Shown in pieces: positions 27,161 through 35,942 of a stretch of DNA of 37,836 bases. The stretch lies in the IMG/VR virus record IMGVR_UViG_3300005058_000014, positions 1-37,836 of that record; one strand, 5' to 3'. This stretch comes from a virus (Duplodnaviria > Caudoviricetes). The position numbers and the translations under genes were made by a program. Within the stretch, counting starts at the first letter, position 1, and every line of letters begins with the position of its first letter. The notes under the pieces were generated by a model. It was not told the origin of the DNA, did not search any database, and saw only the letters and a program-made list of their open reading frames with translations.

Positions 27161-28575
27161 TATACACCTAGCTGATTGTAGTCAAAAACTTCACTATTCT
27201 TCTTTATTTCAATAGGTAAATTGTTGTCATGACAGAATTTGACATAACGCTTTAGAATCGCATCACAAAAGGCAGGGGACAGTTCCATTAGGTAGCATTT
27301 TCTTCTCAGCTGCTCACAAGCAATTAAAGTAGATCCCGAACCACCAAATAACTCAAGTACAATCTCACCCGGTTGTGAGCTGTTGGTAATAGCTCTGGCG
27401 GGTAGTGCCACAGGTTTTTGAGTAGGATGGATATATTTGCCGTTATGTTCTCTGTCATAGTTCCAAACTGTAATCTCGTTGTTAGGTCCAAACCAGCGGG
27501 CACCGTCACCATTACCGTTAACAGCACCTTTCCCACCGTAAAGGCAAGGCTCGTTCCTTCTTTTGTATCTCACCCAGCTTAACGGAGCTACTTGCTTAAC
27601 CCATTGAATTGGAACTTTATCAAAAGGTATTTCATTTATTTCCATAGCATCGAGGAGTTCTCTGTAGTAGGTAGTTGCGTGCCAAATGTAGTAATGAGCC
27701 CAAGGAATCATGTGTTTCTTTGCTTGAGATATGAAATCAATAAGGAACTGCTTATAATCTTCATCGCTCATGTCATCATTCCAATCAGTACAGTACAGGT
27801 CTGACCAGTCCTTTCCTGATTCGCTTCTTTTTGAGTTAAGTTCTGCATACTTTACATTATATGGAGGGTCGGTATGAAGCATGTGGGCTTTGTCACCCAT
27901 CATGAGTTTAGACACATCCTCAGATGTAGAATCGCCACACATTAATCTGTGACCATTGAACTCATAGATATCACCAGGCTGAGTATGCGGATTGACTGGA
28001 GGCTCTTCATCGTAATCGTCCTCTTCAATTTCGACATTTCCAAGCATAGTTGTATCATTATCAAACTTGAAGTCAAATGCGGTATTAAGAAATTCATCAT
28101 CATAAGGAAGAGTGAATTTCAGATCTTCGACATCGAATTCCAGTTTTAAGTTTTGCAGGATACCAAATAGTTTCTCTTGATTGGCTTTGAATTTGGTCTC
28201 ATTTGTCTCGATAGCAATGAGCTGTGCTTCCGCTAAGGAGATTTCTCCATGGTCATAGCATACGAGATATTTCTTTTCGAGTACATCGCACGCATCGAGC
28301 CTATGATTACCATTTACTACTTCATAGTATCCTGTTTGCAGTTTCCGGACGTGAATATTTTCTATCTGACCATTTTTTTTCATGTTATTGACGAGCTTAT
28401 TCGTAGTAAACTCATCCTCTTCTTTGTAGTTCCATGAAGCTTTGATTAGAATTTCTCTTGGGAATATTTTGTAGTTTGAGAAATTTTTGGCTTCGTTCGC
28501 AGGAATATCAACATATTCTTCCCCCTCATAATTACAAATGTTGATGATTTTGCTTTGGAGTGCACCTAAATTCAT
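27160..28575 (-). CDS. ParB-like N-terminal domain fused to N6/N4 DNA methyltransferase
   Basis: VVNGNHRL (ParB/Srx box), HRLMCGDST, TDPPY, HPTQKPV, LELFGGSGST. Confidence 0.92.
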   Translation of the reverse strand: MNLGALQSKIINICNYEGEEYVDIPANEAKNFSNYKIFPREILIKASWNYKEEDEFTTNKLVNNMKKNGQIENIHVRKLQTGYYEVVNGNHRLDACDVLEKKYLVCYDHGEISLAEAQLIAIETNETKFKANQEKLFGILQNLKLEFDVEDLKFTLPYDDEFLNTAFDFKFDNDTTMLGNVEIEEDDYDEEPPVNPHTQPGDIYEFNGHRLMCGDSTSEDVSKLMMGDKAHMLHTDPPYNVKYAELNSKRSESGKDWSDLYCTDWNDDMSDEDYKQFLIDFISQAKKHMIPWAHYYIWHATTYYRELLDAMEINEIPFDKVPIQWVKQVAPLSWVRYKRRNEPCLYGGKGAVNGNGDGARWFGPNNEITVWNYDREHNGKYIHPTQKPVALPARAITNSSQPGEIVLELFGGSGSTLIACEQLRRKCYLMELSPAFCDAILKRYVKFCHDNNLPIEIKKNSEVFDYNQLGV

Positions 28576-28636
28576 GTAAAATCCTCTTTTTTTGGGTGTG
28601 TAAATGACAATTTTTACAAAAATTGCATAAAAATGG

Positions 28637-28791
28637 TGTCGAATTACAATGTAATATTACATTGCGATATTACATTGCGATATTACATTGTAATATTACA
28701 TTGCGATATTACATTGTAATATTACATTGCGATATTACATTGTAATATTACATTGCTGTATTACATTGCTGTATTACATTGTAATTCGACA
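28637..28791. repeat. 10 x 13-bp tandem array TATTACATTG-(CGA/TAA/CTG) bounded by a perfect 20-bp inverted repeat
   Basis: Units start at 28655 and recur every 13 bp to 28784. Inverted repeat TGTCGAATTACAATGTAATA (28637-28656) and TATTACATTGTAATTCGACA (28772-28791). Confidence 0.95.
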
Positions 28792-28803
28792 TCTATTCAG
28801 TTT

Positions 28804-28811
28804 TAGTTTTG
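28804..28811 (+). promoter_or_regulatory. Putative -7 promoter element of the capsid operon
   Basis: TAGTTTTG matches TAnnTTTG and lies 20 nt upstream of the protease ATG. The -33 region falls inside the repeat array. Confidence 0.5.
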
Positions 28812-28831
28812 TATCAAAAATTTGGTGCAAA

Positions 28832-30034
28832 ATGAATATTGATATTTTTGGTGTAATTGGAGAAGCTTGGTTTGAGGATGATACATCGGTTGTATCACTT
28901 AAAAGTATCAGAAACCAGCTCAAGAATCATAAAGATGGTGACGAACTTACCATCTACATTAACAGTCCCGGCGGCTCGGTATTCGAAGGCTTAGCCATAT
29001 ATAATTTATTAGCAGAAAAAGAACCTACGATAAAAATTATCGGAGAGGCGAGCTCAATAGCATCCGTGATCGCCTGTGCAGGGAAGAGAGTACAGATGGC
29101 AGAGACATCAGTGATGCTTTTTCATAAACCTTGGACATTTGCATGGGGCAATGAAGATGATTTTGAGAAAGTACAATCACAACTCAAAGTTCTAAAAGAA
29201 TCAATCATAAAAGCATATCAAAGAAAAACCAATCTTTCGGAAGAAGAAATAGAAGCATTGCTGGATGAAGAAACATACCATGGTGCAGATAAATGTAAAG
29301 ATATGGGTTTTGCTGATGAAGTATATGCACCTTCATCTGATGATACACTGCTGACAGCCAAAGCACAGAGAATCATTGGTAATCAATTCCGAAAATTTTA
29401 TAATTCGAAAACAAATAATCATTTTTCACAATCAGGAGGTAATTCTGTGGATTACAAAGCTGAATATGAGAAGTTACAATCTAAATTTAATGATTTAGAG
29501 GGCAATTTCAACAAAACTAAAGCTGACATCTTAGAGAAAGAGACTGAGATTAGTGCATTAAACACTAAGATTGCTCAGGTTTCAGACTCATTAGATAAGC
29601 TTACACACGAAAATGCGGACCTTGTAAAGACTATCGAGGACTCGAAGCAAAGAGAAATCAAGAATGAAGTAGAGTTGGACATAGTTAGACTTGGTACCAA
29701 AATCAAGCCATCGGAGAACAGTGAGCAAAACAATTTTGCTTTAACCAATGAACTGCTTTGGCTTAGAAAATTTGATGGTGATTCCTCTGCATTAATCAAC
29801 AACAAGACTCCTTATCAGAGGAAGATTGAAGAGATAGAGTCAAGACAATCATTAAACACCATAACAGAGCCTATGCCTGTATCAATGGCACCGCAGACTC
29901 CGGATGTCAATAATTTGGACTTAGATTCTGTTGACGGCAGGAATGCATTCCACGATTTAGTCATGAAATACGCAGCAGCAAACAACATGGACTATACACA
30001 AGCATTTGAAAAACTAAAGATGGAGAGAAAATAA
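28832..30034 (+). CDS. ClpP-type head maturation protease with C-terminal coiled-coil scaffold
   Basis: INSPGGSVFEGLAIYN, ASSIASVI (Ser), MLFHKP (His), GFADEV. True start at MNIDIFG (28832), since the longer N-terminus reads through the repeats. Confidence 0.92.
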   Translation: MNIDIFGVIGEAWFEDDTSVVSLKSIRNQLKNHKDGDELTIYINSPGGSVFEGLAIYNLLAEKEPTIKIIGEASSIASVIACAGKRVQMAETSVMLFHKPWTFAWGNEDDFEKVQSQLKVLKESIIKAYQRKTNLSEEEIEALLDEETYHGADKCKDMGFADEVYAPSSDDTLLTAKAQRIIGNQFRKFYNSKTNNHFSQSGGNSVDYKAEYEKLQSKFNDLEGNFNKTKADILEKETEISALNTKIAQVSDSLDKLTHENADLVKTIEDSKQREIKNEVELDIVRLGTKIKPSENSEQNNFALTNELLWLRKFDGDSSALINNKTPYQRKIEEIESRQSLNTITEPMPVSMAPQTPDVNNLDLDSVDGRNAFHDLVMKYAAANNMDYTQAFEKLKMERK

Positions 30035-30993
30035 TGGGATTAGGAGTAAAAAGACTCGACACATTAAAGTTGGGACAAGACCCGATTTTAACAGAATTTG
30101 CACAGAGGTTTGAAAACTCTGATTTCGTAAGTTCACTTTTGTTGCCCGAAGTAAAGGTATCCAAGCAGACAGGCAAATACCCTGTATATGGCAACGAACA
30201 CATGCGTATTCATGACACAAAGAGACCTTTGAAGTCTCCTGTAAAGGAAATGCAGTTAGATGATATCACTTTAAAAGATTTCATCCTCGATTCTTATGGA
30301 TTGGAAGTATCTCTTGACTATCTTGAGTCAGAGTATGCAGCTGATTTCATAGATTTAGAGCGGTTTGCAGCCGAAATCGTGATGTCTTCAATCAAGCTGA
30401 CTCAAGAATATGAAGCAATTCAGCTCTTGACATCCGCATCTACTTACTCGAATGATCATTTCGAAGCTCTTACAACCGGTGAATATTTTGATGACGACAA
30501 TTCTGATCCTATCTCTATCCTTAGAGATGCTATGGAGACAGTAAGGAAGAAAATCAACAGAAAGCCAAATGTTATTGTCTTTGGTCAGAGTACTTTCAAT
30601 GCACTCCAAGTACATCCGAAAGTAGTAGAATTGATTAAGTACAGCCAGTCAGCGATCATCACCGAGGATATAATCTCAGCAATCCTGTCAACAAAAGACA
30701 ATCCTGTGACAATCAAAATCGGCTCAGGTATGTACGAAGACAAGGCTGCAGGAACAAACGTTGATTTGTGGGGTGATGTAGCTGTGATGGCATACAATCC
30801 TAAGATTGGCGGATCAAGAACTGTTTATGACCAGTCTTTTGGTAAGACTTTCATTCAAAAAGGGTATCCTTGGGCAGCAAGAAGCAATGACAGATTAGAT
30901 ATCATCAGATATGTCTCTGTTTTGCATGTTTACAAACACTATATCTCAATGAAGGATGCTGGGTTCTGTATAACAAATACTATTGGCAGCTAA
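30034..30993 (+). CDS. Major capsid protein
   Basis: 319 aa directly after the protease. DPILT..A....N..FV...L.P.V.V....GKY, SDPI..L, PNVIVFG...AL..HP motifs. Confidence 0.85.
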   Translation: MGLGVKRLDTLKLGQDPILTEFAQRFENSDFVSSLLLPEVKVSKQTGKYPVYGNEHMRIHDTKRPLKSPVKEMQLDDITLKDFILDSYGLEVSLDYLESEYAADFIDLERFAAEIVMSSIKLTQEYEAIQLLTSASTYSNDHFEALTTGEYFDDDNSDPISILRDAMETVRKKINRKPNVIVFGQSTFNALQVHPKVVELIKYSQSAIITEDIISAILSTKDNPVTIKIGSGMYEDKAAGTNVDLWGDVAVMAYNPKIGGSRTVYDQSFGKTFIQKGYPWAARSNDRLDIIRYVSVLHVYKHYISMKDAGFCITNTIGS

Positions 30994-30995
30994 AA

Positions 30996-31247
30996 ATGGA
31001 AGCACCAAAGTATCAGGTCAGAGTAATAGCCGGCTCAATAAGACAGCTTGGCAAGATTTACAAGGTCGGTGAAACTCTTGAATTGTCGAAAGACGATTAC
31101 AGGAAGTTGAAAAAGATTGTAGAGATTGTTCAAGTTGAAAAAAAGTCAAGCTCTGACAAGGAAAAGACAAGCAAAAAAGTGGAGAAAAAGGTTGAAGAAA
31201 TCACAAATCCACTTCCCGAATCCGAAGACCAAGAATTAATAAATTAA
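30996..31247 (+). CDS. Small head-associated protein
   Basis: G..Y..GETLEL motif common in the gene after a capsid gene. Low-complexity K/E tail. Confidence 0.55.
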   Translation: MEAPKYQVRVIAGSIRQLGKIYKVGETLELSKDDYRKLKKIVEIVQVEKKSSSDKEKTSKKVEKKVEEITNPLPESEDQELIN

Positions 31248-31262
31248 TAGGAGCGAATAAAA

Positions 31263-31610
31263 ATGTCTACATCAACATTTAATCCAACAAGCAGAATTGG
31301 AGTTAAATTCACAGCTAATGTAGGAAGGAACAAGCTTATCGGTTTCGATGGTGCACTTTGCGGAGCAGGTGCAGTAGCATTAGGTGTGACTGAATATGCT
31401 TACAATTCCGGTGATGAAGGATCAGTAATAACAGGTCAAACAGCATTATTGACTATCAAGGCGGCTTTATCTGCAGGTGATTTTATTGCATCTGATGTCA
31501 ATGGCGATGGAGTACTGGCAGTAGCAGGTGATGTCGTAAATGGTATCTTGCTAAAAGACTGCGAAGAAAATGATGAAGCAGAAGTATTACTTAGCACTTT
31601 CCAAATTTAA
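31263..31610 (+). CDS. DUF2190-like capsid cement/decoration protein
   Basis: Gly/Ala-rich 115 aa: ALGV...GD...AGD.IASD.NG. Confidence 0.7.
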   Translation: MSTSTFNPTSRIGVKFTANVGRNKLIGFDGALCGAGAVALGVTEYAYNSGDEGSVITGQTALLTIKAALSAGDFIASDVNGDGVLAVAGDVVNGILLKDCEENDEAEVLLSTFQI

Positions 31611-31625
31611 TCATGAGGCGCGAAG

Positions 31626-32084
31626 ATGGCATCAATAGATTATCAATATATTGCTGAAAGGATTCCAATCGAGGTTCTAAAACCCTTACTTTCAGATGAC
31701 GAATTGAATGATATCAAACTTGAAAAAGTTGAGAACATCATCATTGATGCTGAATCTGAGGTAGATAATGCACTTGCAAGAGTATATGTTTATCCTTATC
31801 AGAAAAGCGATGATATATTGGGAGAGAAATCATTGGCATTGATAAGAAGATGGAAGTTTGTTATTGCAAGACAGCTTATTTACTCATACAAATTTGATGA
31901 TGAGGACATGAAAGAAGTCAATGCTCATCATAGTGCGGTATTACAGAAGCTTAGCGCGATAGTAAAGGGAGAAGAAGAACTTCTGGGTTTAGCAAGGAAA
32001 GTCGCTTCTTCTCCATTACGGATGAAGTCAAGTAAGAATAAATCGGTATTTTCTCAAAAAAGTTTAAAACGTTATGATCCATGA
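31626..32084 (+). CDS. Head-tail adaptor, DUF1320 (Mu gp36-like)
   Basis: I.DAESEVD..L...Y..P, IAR..IY, L..I.KG...L pattern. Confidence 0.75.
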   Translation: MASIDYQYIAERIPIEVLKPLLSDDELNDIKLEKVENIIIDAESEVDNALARVYVYPYQKSDDILGEKSLALIRRWKFVIARQLIYSYKFDDEDMKEVNAHHSAVLQKLSAIVKGEEELLGLARKVASSPLRMKSSKNKSVFSQKSLKRYDP

Positions 32085-32517
32085 AGTTAGGGTAAAGATT
32101 CAGGAGATGCTTGAGTTGGGGCTGATGTCAGATGATATTAGACCACACATAAGTATAACCGGATTTCCTGAAAACAAAGAGGCATTGGAAAACCTTCAAA
32201 AGAATGCTAAGATGCATAGCAATGGTTCAGTTTTTATCACATGGACAGCAGAGAGACCCGGCAACAGAGTAGGTGTAATATATCCTGACTTTGTAGATGT
32301 ATTTACAATCTTCATCTTTACTAATGACAAAGGTAGTGATTTAGAGATTATTAAACTATATGAGAGCATCAGGAACATCTTACAAAAGGAATTTTACTTG
32401 TATTATGGAGAGATGTCACCCGTAAAGACCTCTCAAACAGGACTATGGATGGCAGCAATCCAAGTTGGTAAGCAAAATATTTATCAAGGAACAAGTGATA
32501 TTCACTTTAAAATGTAG
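32074..32517 (+). CDS. Putative neck/tail-completion protein (Mu gp37-like)
   Basis: Position after DUF1320, size, and the FPE...NGSVFITW pattern. Confidence 0.45.
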   Translation: MIHEVRVKIQEMLELGLMSDDIRPHISITGFPENKEALENLQKNAKMHSNGSVFITWTAERPGNRVGVIYPDFVDVFTIFIFTNDKGSDLEIIKLYESIRNILQKEFYLYYGEMSPVKTSQTGLWMAAIQVGKQNIYQGTSDIHFKM

Positions 32518-32526
32518 CGAGGGGAC

Positions 32527-32901
32527 ATGAAATTTGATGCAGGAAGCTGGTGGTTATTGGCAGGAATAATAACAGTAATGGTTACAGTTATCGGAGCATT
32601 GCTGACGATAATCGCCAAATACTTAATTTGGGTACCATTTCAAGATTTAAAGATTTCAATAACGCATCTTACGACACAGATAAACGAGCTAAATACATCA
32701 TTAGCATTGCAGAAACAAGAGCACGACAATCAGAAAAACAACATAATTGACATCTTTGATGAATTGGAAAAGCACCAGGGTGTGCTTGACAAACATCAGG
32801 TAGCATTAGATAGGCATGAGAAGGTTTTGAAAGACAGTAGAACTTCTCATAAACTAACAAATATCAATAAATTTGGAGATCAAAATGATTCAGATTTTTA
32901 A
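32527..32901 (+). CDS. Single-TM coiled-coil protein (holin/antiholin-like)
   Basis: N-terminal TM helix followed by heptad repeats. Start of the lysis cluster. Confidence 0.5.
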   Translation: MKFDAGSWWLLAGIITVMVTVIGALLTIIAKYLIWVPFQDLKISITHLTTQINELNTSLALQKQEHDNQKNNIIDIFDELEKHQGVLDKHQVALDRHEKVLKDSRTSHKLTNINKFGDQNDSDF

Positions 32902-33253
32902 GTCGAACTTCAAAAGTATACTCGACTTCGTAAGCAGAAATGCTACGTGGATTTTAGGGATACTGATACCCTTATATTTTTTGGGTTTTCAGATTCAATT
33001 CGTGAACACTCTGGCACTTATCACAGCAGCAATATGTTTTCTCACAGGGCTTTCAGGTATAATATTATATGCTTTCACTAATATAAAGTTCGGGAAGCAT
33101 CTCGCAGAAGGTGATGATGGTAAGATGAACAGTGTCGAAAGACATGCAGTAATGGACTTAGCAGGTAAGATTTTTCAAGGTGTATTAATATCAGGTGCAG
33201 TAATATGGGGTATTATCTATTTATCGCAGTTCTCTGGCTCAGTTGTTCCTTAG
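32885..33253 (+). CDS. Putative holin (three TM segments)
   Basis: Three hydrophobic segments, immediately upstream of the endolysin. GGAG SD before ATG 32885. Confidence 0.55.
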   Translation: MIQIFKSNFKSILDFVSRNATWILGILIPLYFLGFQIQFVNTLALITAAICFLTGLSGIILYAFTNIKFGKHLAEGDDGKMNSVERHAVMDLAGKIFQGVLISGAVIWGIIYLSQFSGSVVP

Positions 33254-33765
33254 TAAGCAAAGCACAGACCACTTATGAGCTACCGGCTACAAAGGAAGCT
33301 CTTGAAAAGTCAAGAGCAGTCTTATATGATTGTGTAGGGATCAAGGAAGTCGGAGGCAATAACAGAGGTAAGGACATTGACAGGATACTCTCCCCTCTCG
33401 GTTTGAGAGGTGTAGCGTGGTGTCAGGCACTTCAGTATTACTGTTTTTATGTTACAGGTGAAGCAATACCTATCAAAAAGACAGCAGGAAGTCAGGACTG
33501 TTTTAATGACGCTAAGAAACGAGGCAAGCCTCTGCCCTATCAAATAAGAATTGATGCTTTGTTGTTTTGGAGAGTAGTAAACGGTTGGCAGGGACATTCA
33601 GCGAGAGTAGTAAAAGTGATGAAGATGGGCTGGGTTGAGACCATCGAAGGCAATACAGGAAATGGCAATCAGCGAGACGGTGATGGAGTTTACAGGAAGA
33701 AAAGACATCTTTACAATCCTGTCGGTAGGTTAAGGGTAAGCGGCTCGATAGTGTTCAAAACATAA
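33205..33765 (+). CDS. CHAP-family endolysin with signal peptide
   Basis: VG.KE..GNNRG, AWCQ (catalytic Cys), GHS (His), TIEGNT, GDGVY. N-terminal hydrophobic stretch ending SKA-Q. Confidence 0.8.
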   Translation: MGYYLFIAVLWLSCSLVSKAQTTYELPATKEALEKSRAVLYDCVGIKEVGGNNRGKDIDRILSPLGLRGVAWCQALQYYCFYVTGEAIPIKKTAGSQDCFNDAKKRGKPLPYQIRIDALLFWRVVNGWQGHSARVVKVMKMGWVETIEGNTGNGNQRDGDGVYRKKRHLYNPVGRLRVSGSIVFKT

Positions 33766-33771
33766 CTTTTT

Positions 33772-33842
33772 GCAGGTGTAATTTAAGGATAGAATATCGG
33801 ATTTCCATTCCGAAGGCACAGGTTCAAATCCTGTCACCTGCT
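33772..33842 (+). tRNA. tRNA-Gly (anticodon TCC)
   Basis: GCAGGTG/CACCTGC acceptor, ATTT/GAAT D stem, TCGGA-TTTCCAT-TCCGA anticodon arm, ACAGG-TTCAAAT-CCTGT T arm, U discriminator. CCA not encoded. Confidence 0.88.
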
Positions 33843-33866
33843 CAAATCATAAACAGTGAGGGTTTT

Positions 33867-34115
33867 ATGAAAGTAACCTTTCAAAAGAAAAATCTTAGAA
33901 TGACATTAAACTGCAATTTAATGTCAATAGTGGAAGAAGGCAAGACACAAAGGATTGACTTTAACACTTCAGACACAGGTATGGTAAGTGAGTTTTATGA
34001 TGAGATTAAGAGAGTTGACAAAATCATTATTGATAATGATGTAGCAGTAAAAGTTAATAAAACAAAAATTGAGCAACATGAAGACTATTTTATTATTCGT
34101 ATTAATTACAATTAG
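33867..34115 (+). CDS. Hypothetical protein
   Basis: GAGGG SD-like sequence, in-operon ORF. Confidence 0.5.
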   Translation: MKVTFQKKNLRMTLNCNLMSIVEEGKTQRIDFNTSDTGMVSEFYDEIKRVDKIIIDNDVAVKVNKTKIEQHEDYFIIRINYN

Positions 34116-34476
34116 TGTCGCCTGCTGTCCTAAAGTAAGCAGAGAGACTTTTATCCGTGACACCACTTATGTGAAAGTCCCTGAGATTATTCAGGGTACA
34201 GGCACACCTCAGATTGTGACCGACACACTTGTAGAGTACATAAAAGTCAAGGGTATTGACACAATAGTCAAGTTTCAATACTTACCCTCAAAGAGAATTG
34301 TGGAGTATGTTATTAAACCGGACACAGTAAGATTTAATGTTCGGGACACACTCTATAACACTAAGGTGGAAGAGAAAATTATCCAGACGCCTTTTATGAG
34401 TAAAATCGGGCTTGTGCTTTTAGGTGCAGTTCTGACATTCTTAGCAATAGTACTTTACAGGGAGTCTAAGAAATGA
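34078..34476 (+). CDS. Lipoprotein with C-terminal TM helix; putative unimolecular spanin
   Basis: MKTILLFVLITISVA-C lipoprotein signal, beta-rich middle (RDT repeats), C-terminal TM helix plus basic tail. Lies in the lysis cluster. Confidence 0.6.
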   Translation: MKTILLFVLITISVACCPKVSRETFIRDTTYVKVPEIIQGTGTPQIVTDTLVEYIKVKGIDTIVKFQYLPSKRIVEYVIKPDTVRFNVRDTLYNTKVEEKIIQTPFMSKIGLVLLGAVLTFLAIVLYRESKK

Positions 34477-34820
34477 TAAACGGCTTTTATAGAGGGAATA
34501 CTTTCAAACTTCCGGTAAGCTTCACATTTGAAGATGAAAATTCGGTGGTACAATCCATTCCGATTGACAATGCCACAGTATATTTTACTATGAAGAAAAA
34601 ACTTACTCAGCAAAACTATGACATATACAAAGAAATAACTGAGCATACGAACCCAAGTCAAGGCGAAACGGAAATCATACTACTTCCGGAGGAGACTATG
34701 GTTGAGCCAGGAGTATATTTTTGGGACATTACAGTAAAATTTACAGATACAGACATTCATACTTTTATTTCAGGTGAGCTTACTGTTAAATTGGGAACTA
34801 CCAATGTCAATACAAATTAA
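34473..34820 (+). CDS. BppU-N-like virion structural protein
   Basis: YRGNTF.L.V, VYFTMK, G...I.L.PEET...PG.YFWDI, G.LTV. Confidence 0.65.
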   Translation: MINGFYRGNTFKLPVSFTFEDENSVVQSIPIDNATVYFTMKKKLTQQNYDIYKEITEHTNPSQGETEIILLPEETMVEPGVYFWDITVKFTDTDIHTFISGELTVKLGTTNVNTN

Positions 34821-35043
34821 TGTCAAGCAGCCAAAATATGAGATAGCTTCAAAGAGAGATAAGCTTGATGTTAAGTTTAGAGGCGAAGTCAAGCATACTC
34901 AGATTCAATTCACTTGGGCAGATGTTCCTGAGACACGAAACAGCCCTGGGATACCTGGACAGATGTCAATGGATGATGACAATGTATATATTTGTTACGC
35001 ACCAGATAAATGGGGCAAAATGTTAATAATGAAAGGATGGTAA
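34804..35043 (+). CDS. Small tail-fibre-associated protein
   Basis: C-terminal P....SPG..GQM..D...YIC....W module shared with the next gene. Confidence 0.55.
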   Translation: MSIQINVKQPKYEIASKRDKLDVKFRGEVKHTQIQFTWADVPETRNSPGIPGQMSMDDDNVYICYAPDKWGKMLIMKGW

Positions 35044-35047
35044 AAAA

Positions 35048-35938
35048 ATGGCATTACACGATATTCAGCTAATTCAGGAAGTCGCAGGACCTGACTTCGT
35101 ATATAGAGTCCTTGGCAGTGTTGCTTCGGGAAAAGTCTTTATTATCAATGGTAGCAACCTGCCCGAGCTCAAAGCACTTGAGACAAGTGATATTACGGGA
35201 CTTATCACAGCCCTTGCAAACAAGCTTGAAACATCAGAAAAAGGTGCATCGAATGGTTTGGCAACATTGGACGGATCAGGGAAAGTTCCGTCAAGTCAGC
35301 TCCCTTCATCAATTGCCGGTTCAGTAGCATATCAGGGTTCATGGAATGCAAATACCAATACACCGACAATTCCTGCTGCAAGTTCGACATATAAAGGACA
35401 TTATTATGTGGTATCTGTTGAGGGTGCTACAAATGTTGATGGTATTACTGACTGGAAAGTTGGTGACTGGATTATATGTAATGGTACTGTTTGGGAGAAA
35501 GTTGACAATACCGATGCAGTTACATCAGTAGCAGGCAGGACGGGAGCTATTGTACTGGCAGCCGGAGATATTGCTTCGGGCACTCTTGCAGTAAACCGAG
35601 GCGGTACAGGATTAGCATCATGGACTGCAAACAGGTTAGTTGCATCGACAGGAGCAACAACATTAGCGAACGTGGCAGCAATTACGGCAGCAAGAGCTCT
35701 TATTTCGGATGCTAACGGATTACCTGCTCACTCGTCAGTTACAAGCACAGAATTAGGTTATTTGAGCGGAGTGACATCTGCAATACAGACACAGCTCAAT
35801 GGTAAGATGGTGTGGGCTTCCCCACCTGCAAGTGCTACTGCGTCAGGAACAGCAGGTCAGATTGCTTACGATAACGACTACTTGTATGTCTGTGTAGCGA
35901 CAAATACCTGGAAACGAATGCCATTAGCAACGTGGTAA
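35048..35938 (+). CDS. Tail fibre / virion structural protein
   Basis: KGASNGLATLDGSGKVP..QLP, YQGSWNA.TNTP, GDWII..G..W.KVDNTD, VTSVAGRTGAI, V.RGGTG, and ELGYLSGVTSAIQTQLN fibre repeats. Confidence 0.75.
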   Translation: MALHDIQLIQEVAGPDFVYRVLGSVASGKVFIINGSNLPELKALETSDITGLITALANKLETSEKGASNGLATLDGSGKVPSSQLPSSIAGSVAYQGSWNANTNTPTIPAASSTYKGHYYVVSVEGATNVDGITDWKVGDWIICNGTVWEKVDNTDAVTSVAGRTGAIVLAAGDIASGTLAVNRGGTGLASWTANRLVASTGATTLANVAAITAARALISDANGLPAHSSVTSTELGYLSGVTSAIQTQLNGKMVWASPPASATASGTAGQIAYDNDYLYVCVATNTWKRMPLATW

Positions 35939-35942
35939 ACTG

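Noticed and set aside
28655..28784. CRISPR array
   Set aside because: Units are 13 bp with only 3-nt recurring linkers. There are no unique spacers and no cas genes.
28727..28831. N-terminal extension of the ClpP protease ORF (MRYYIVILHCC...)
   Set aside because: It is a translation of the tandem repeat. The ClpP-like sequence starts at ATG 28832.
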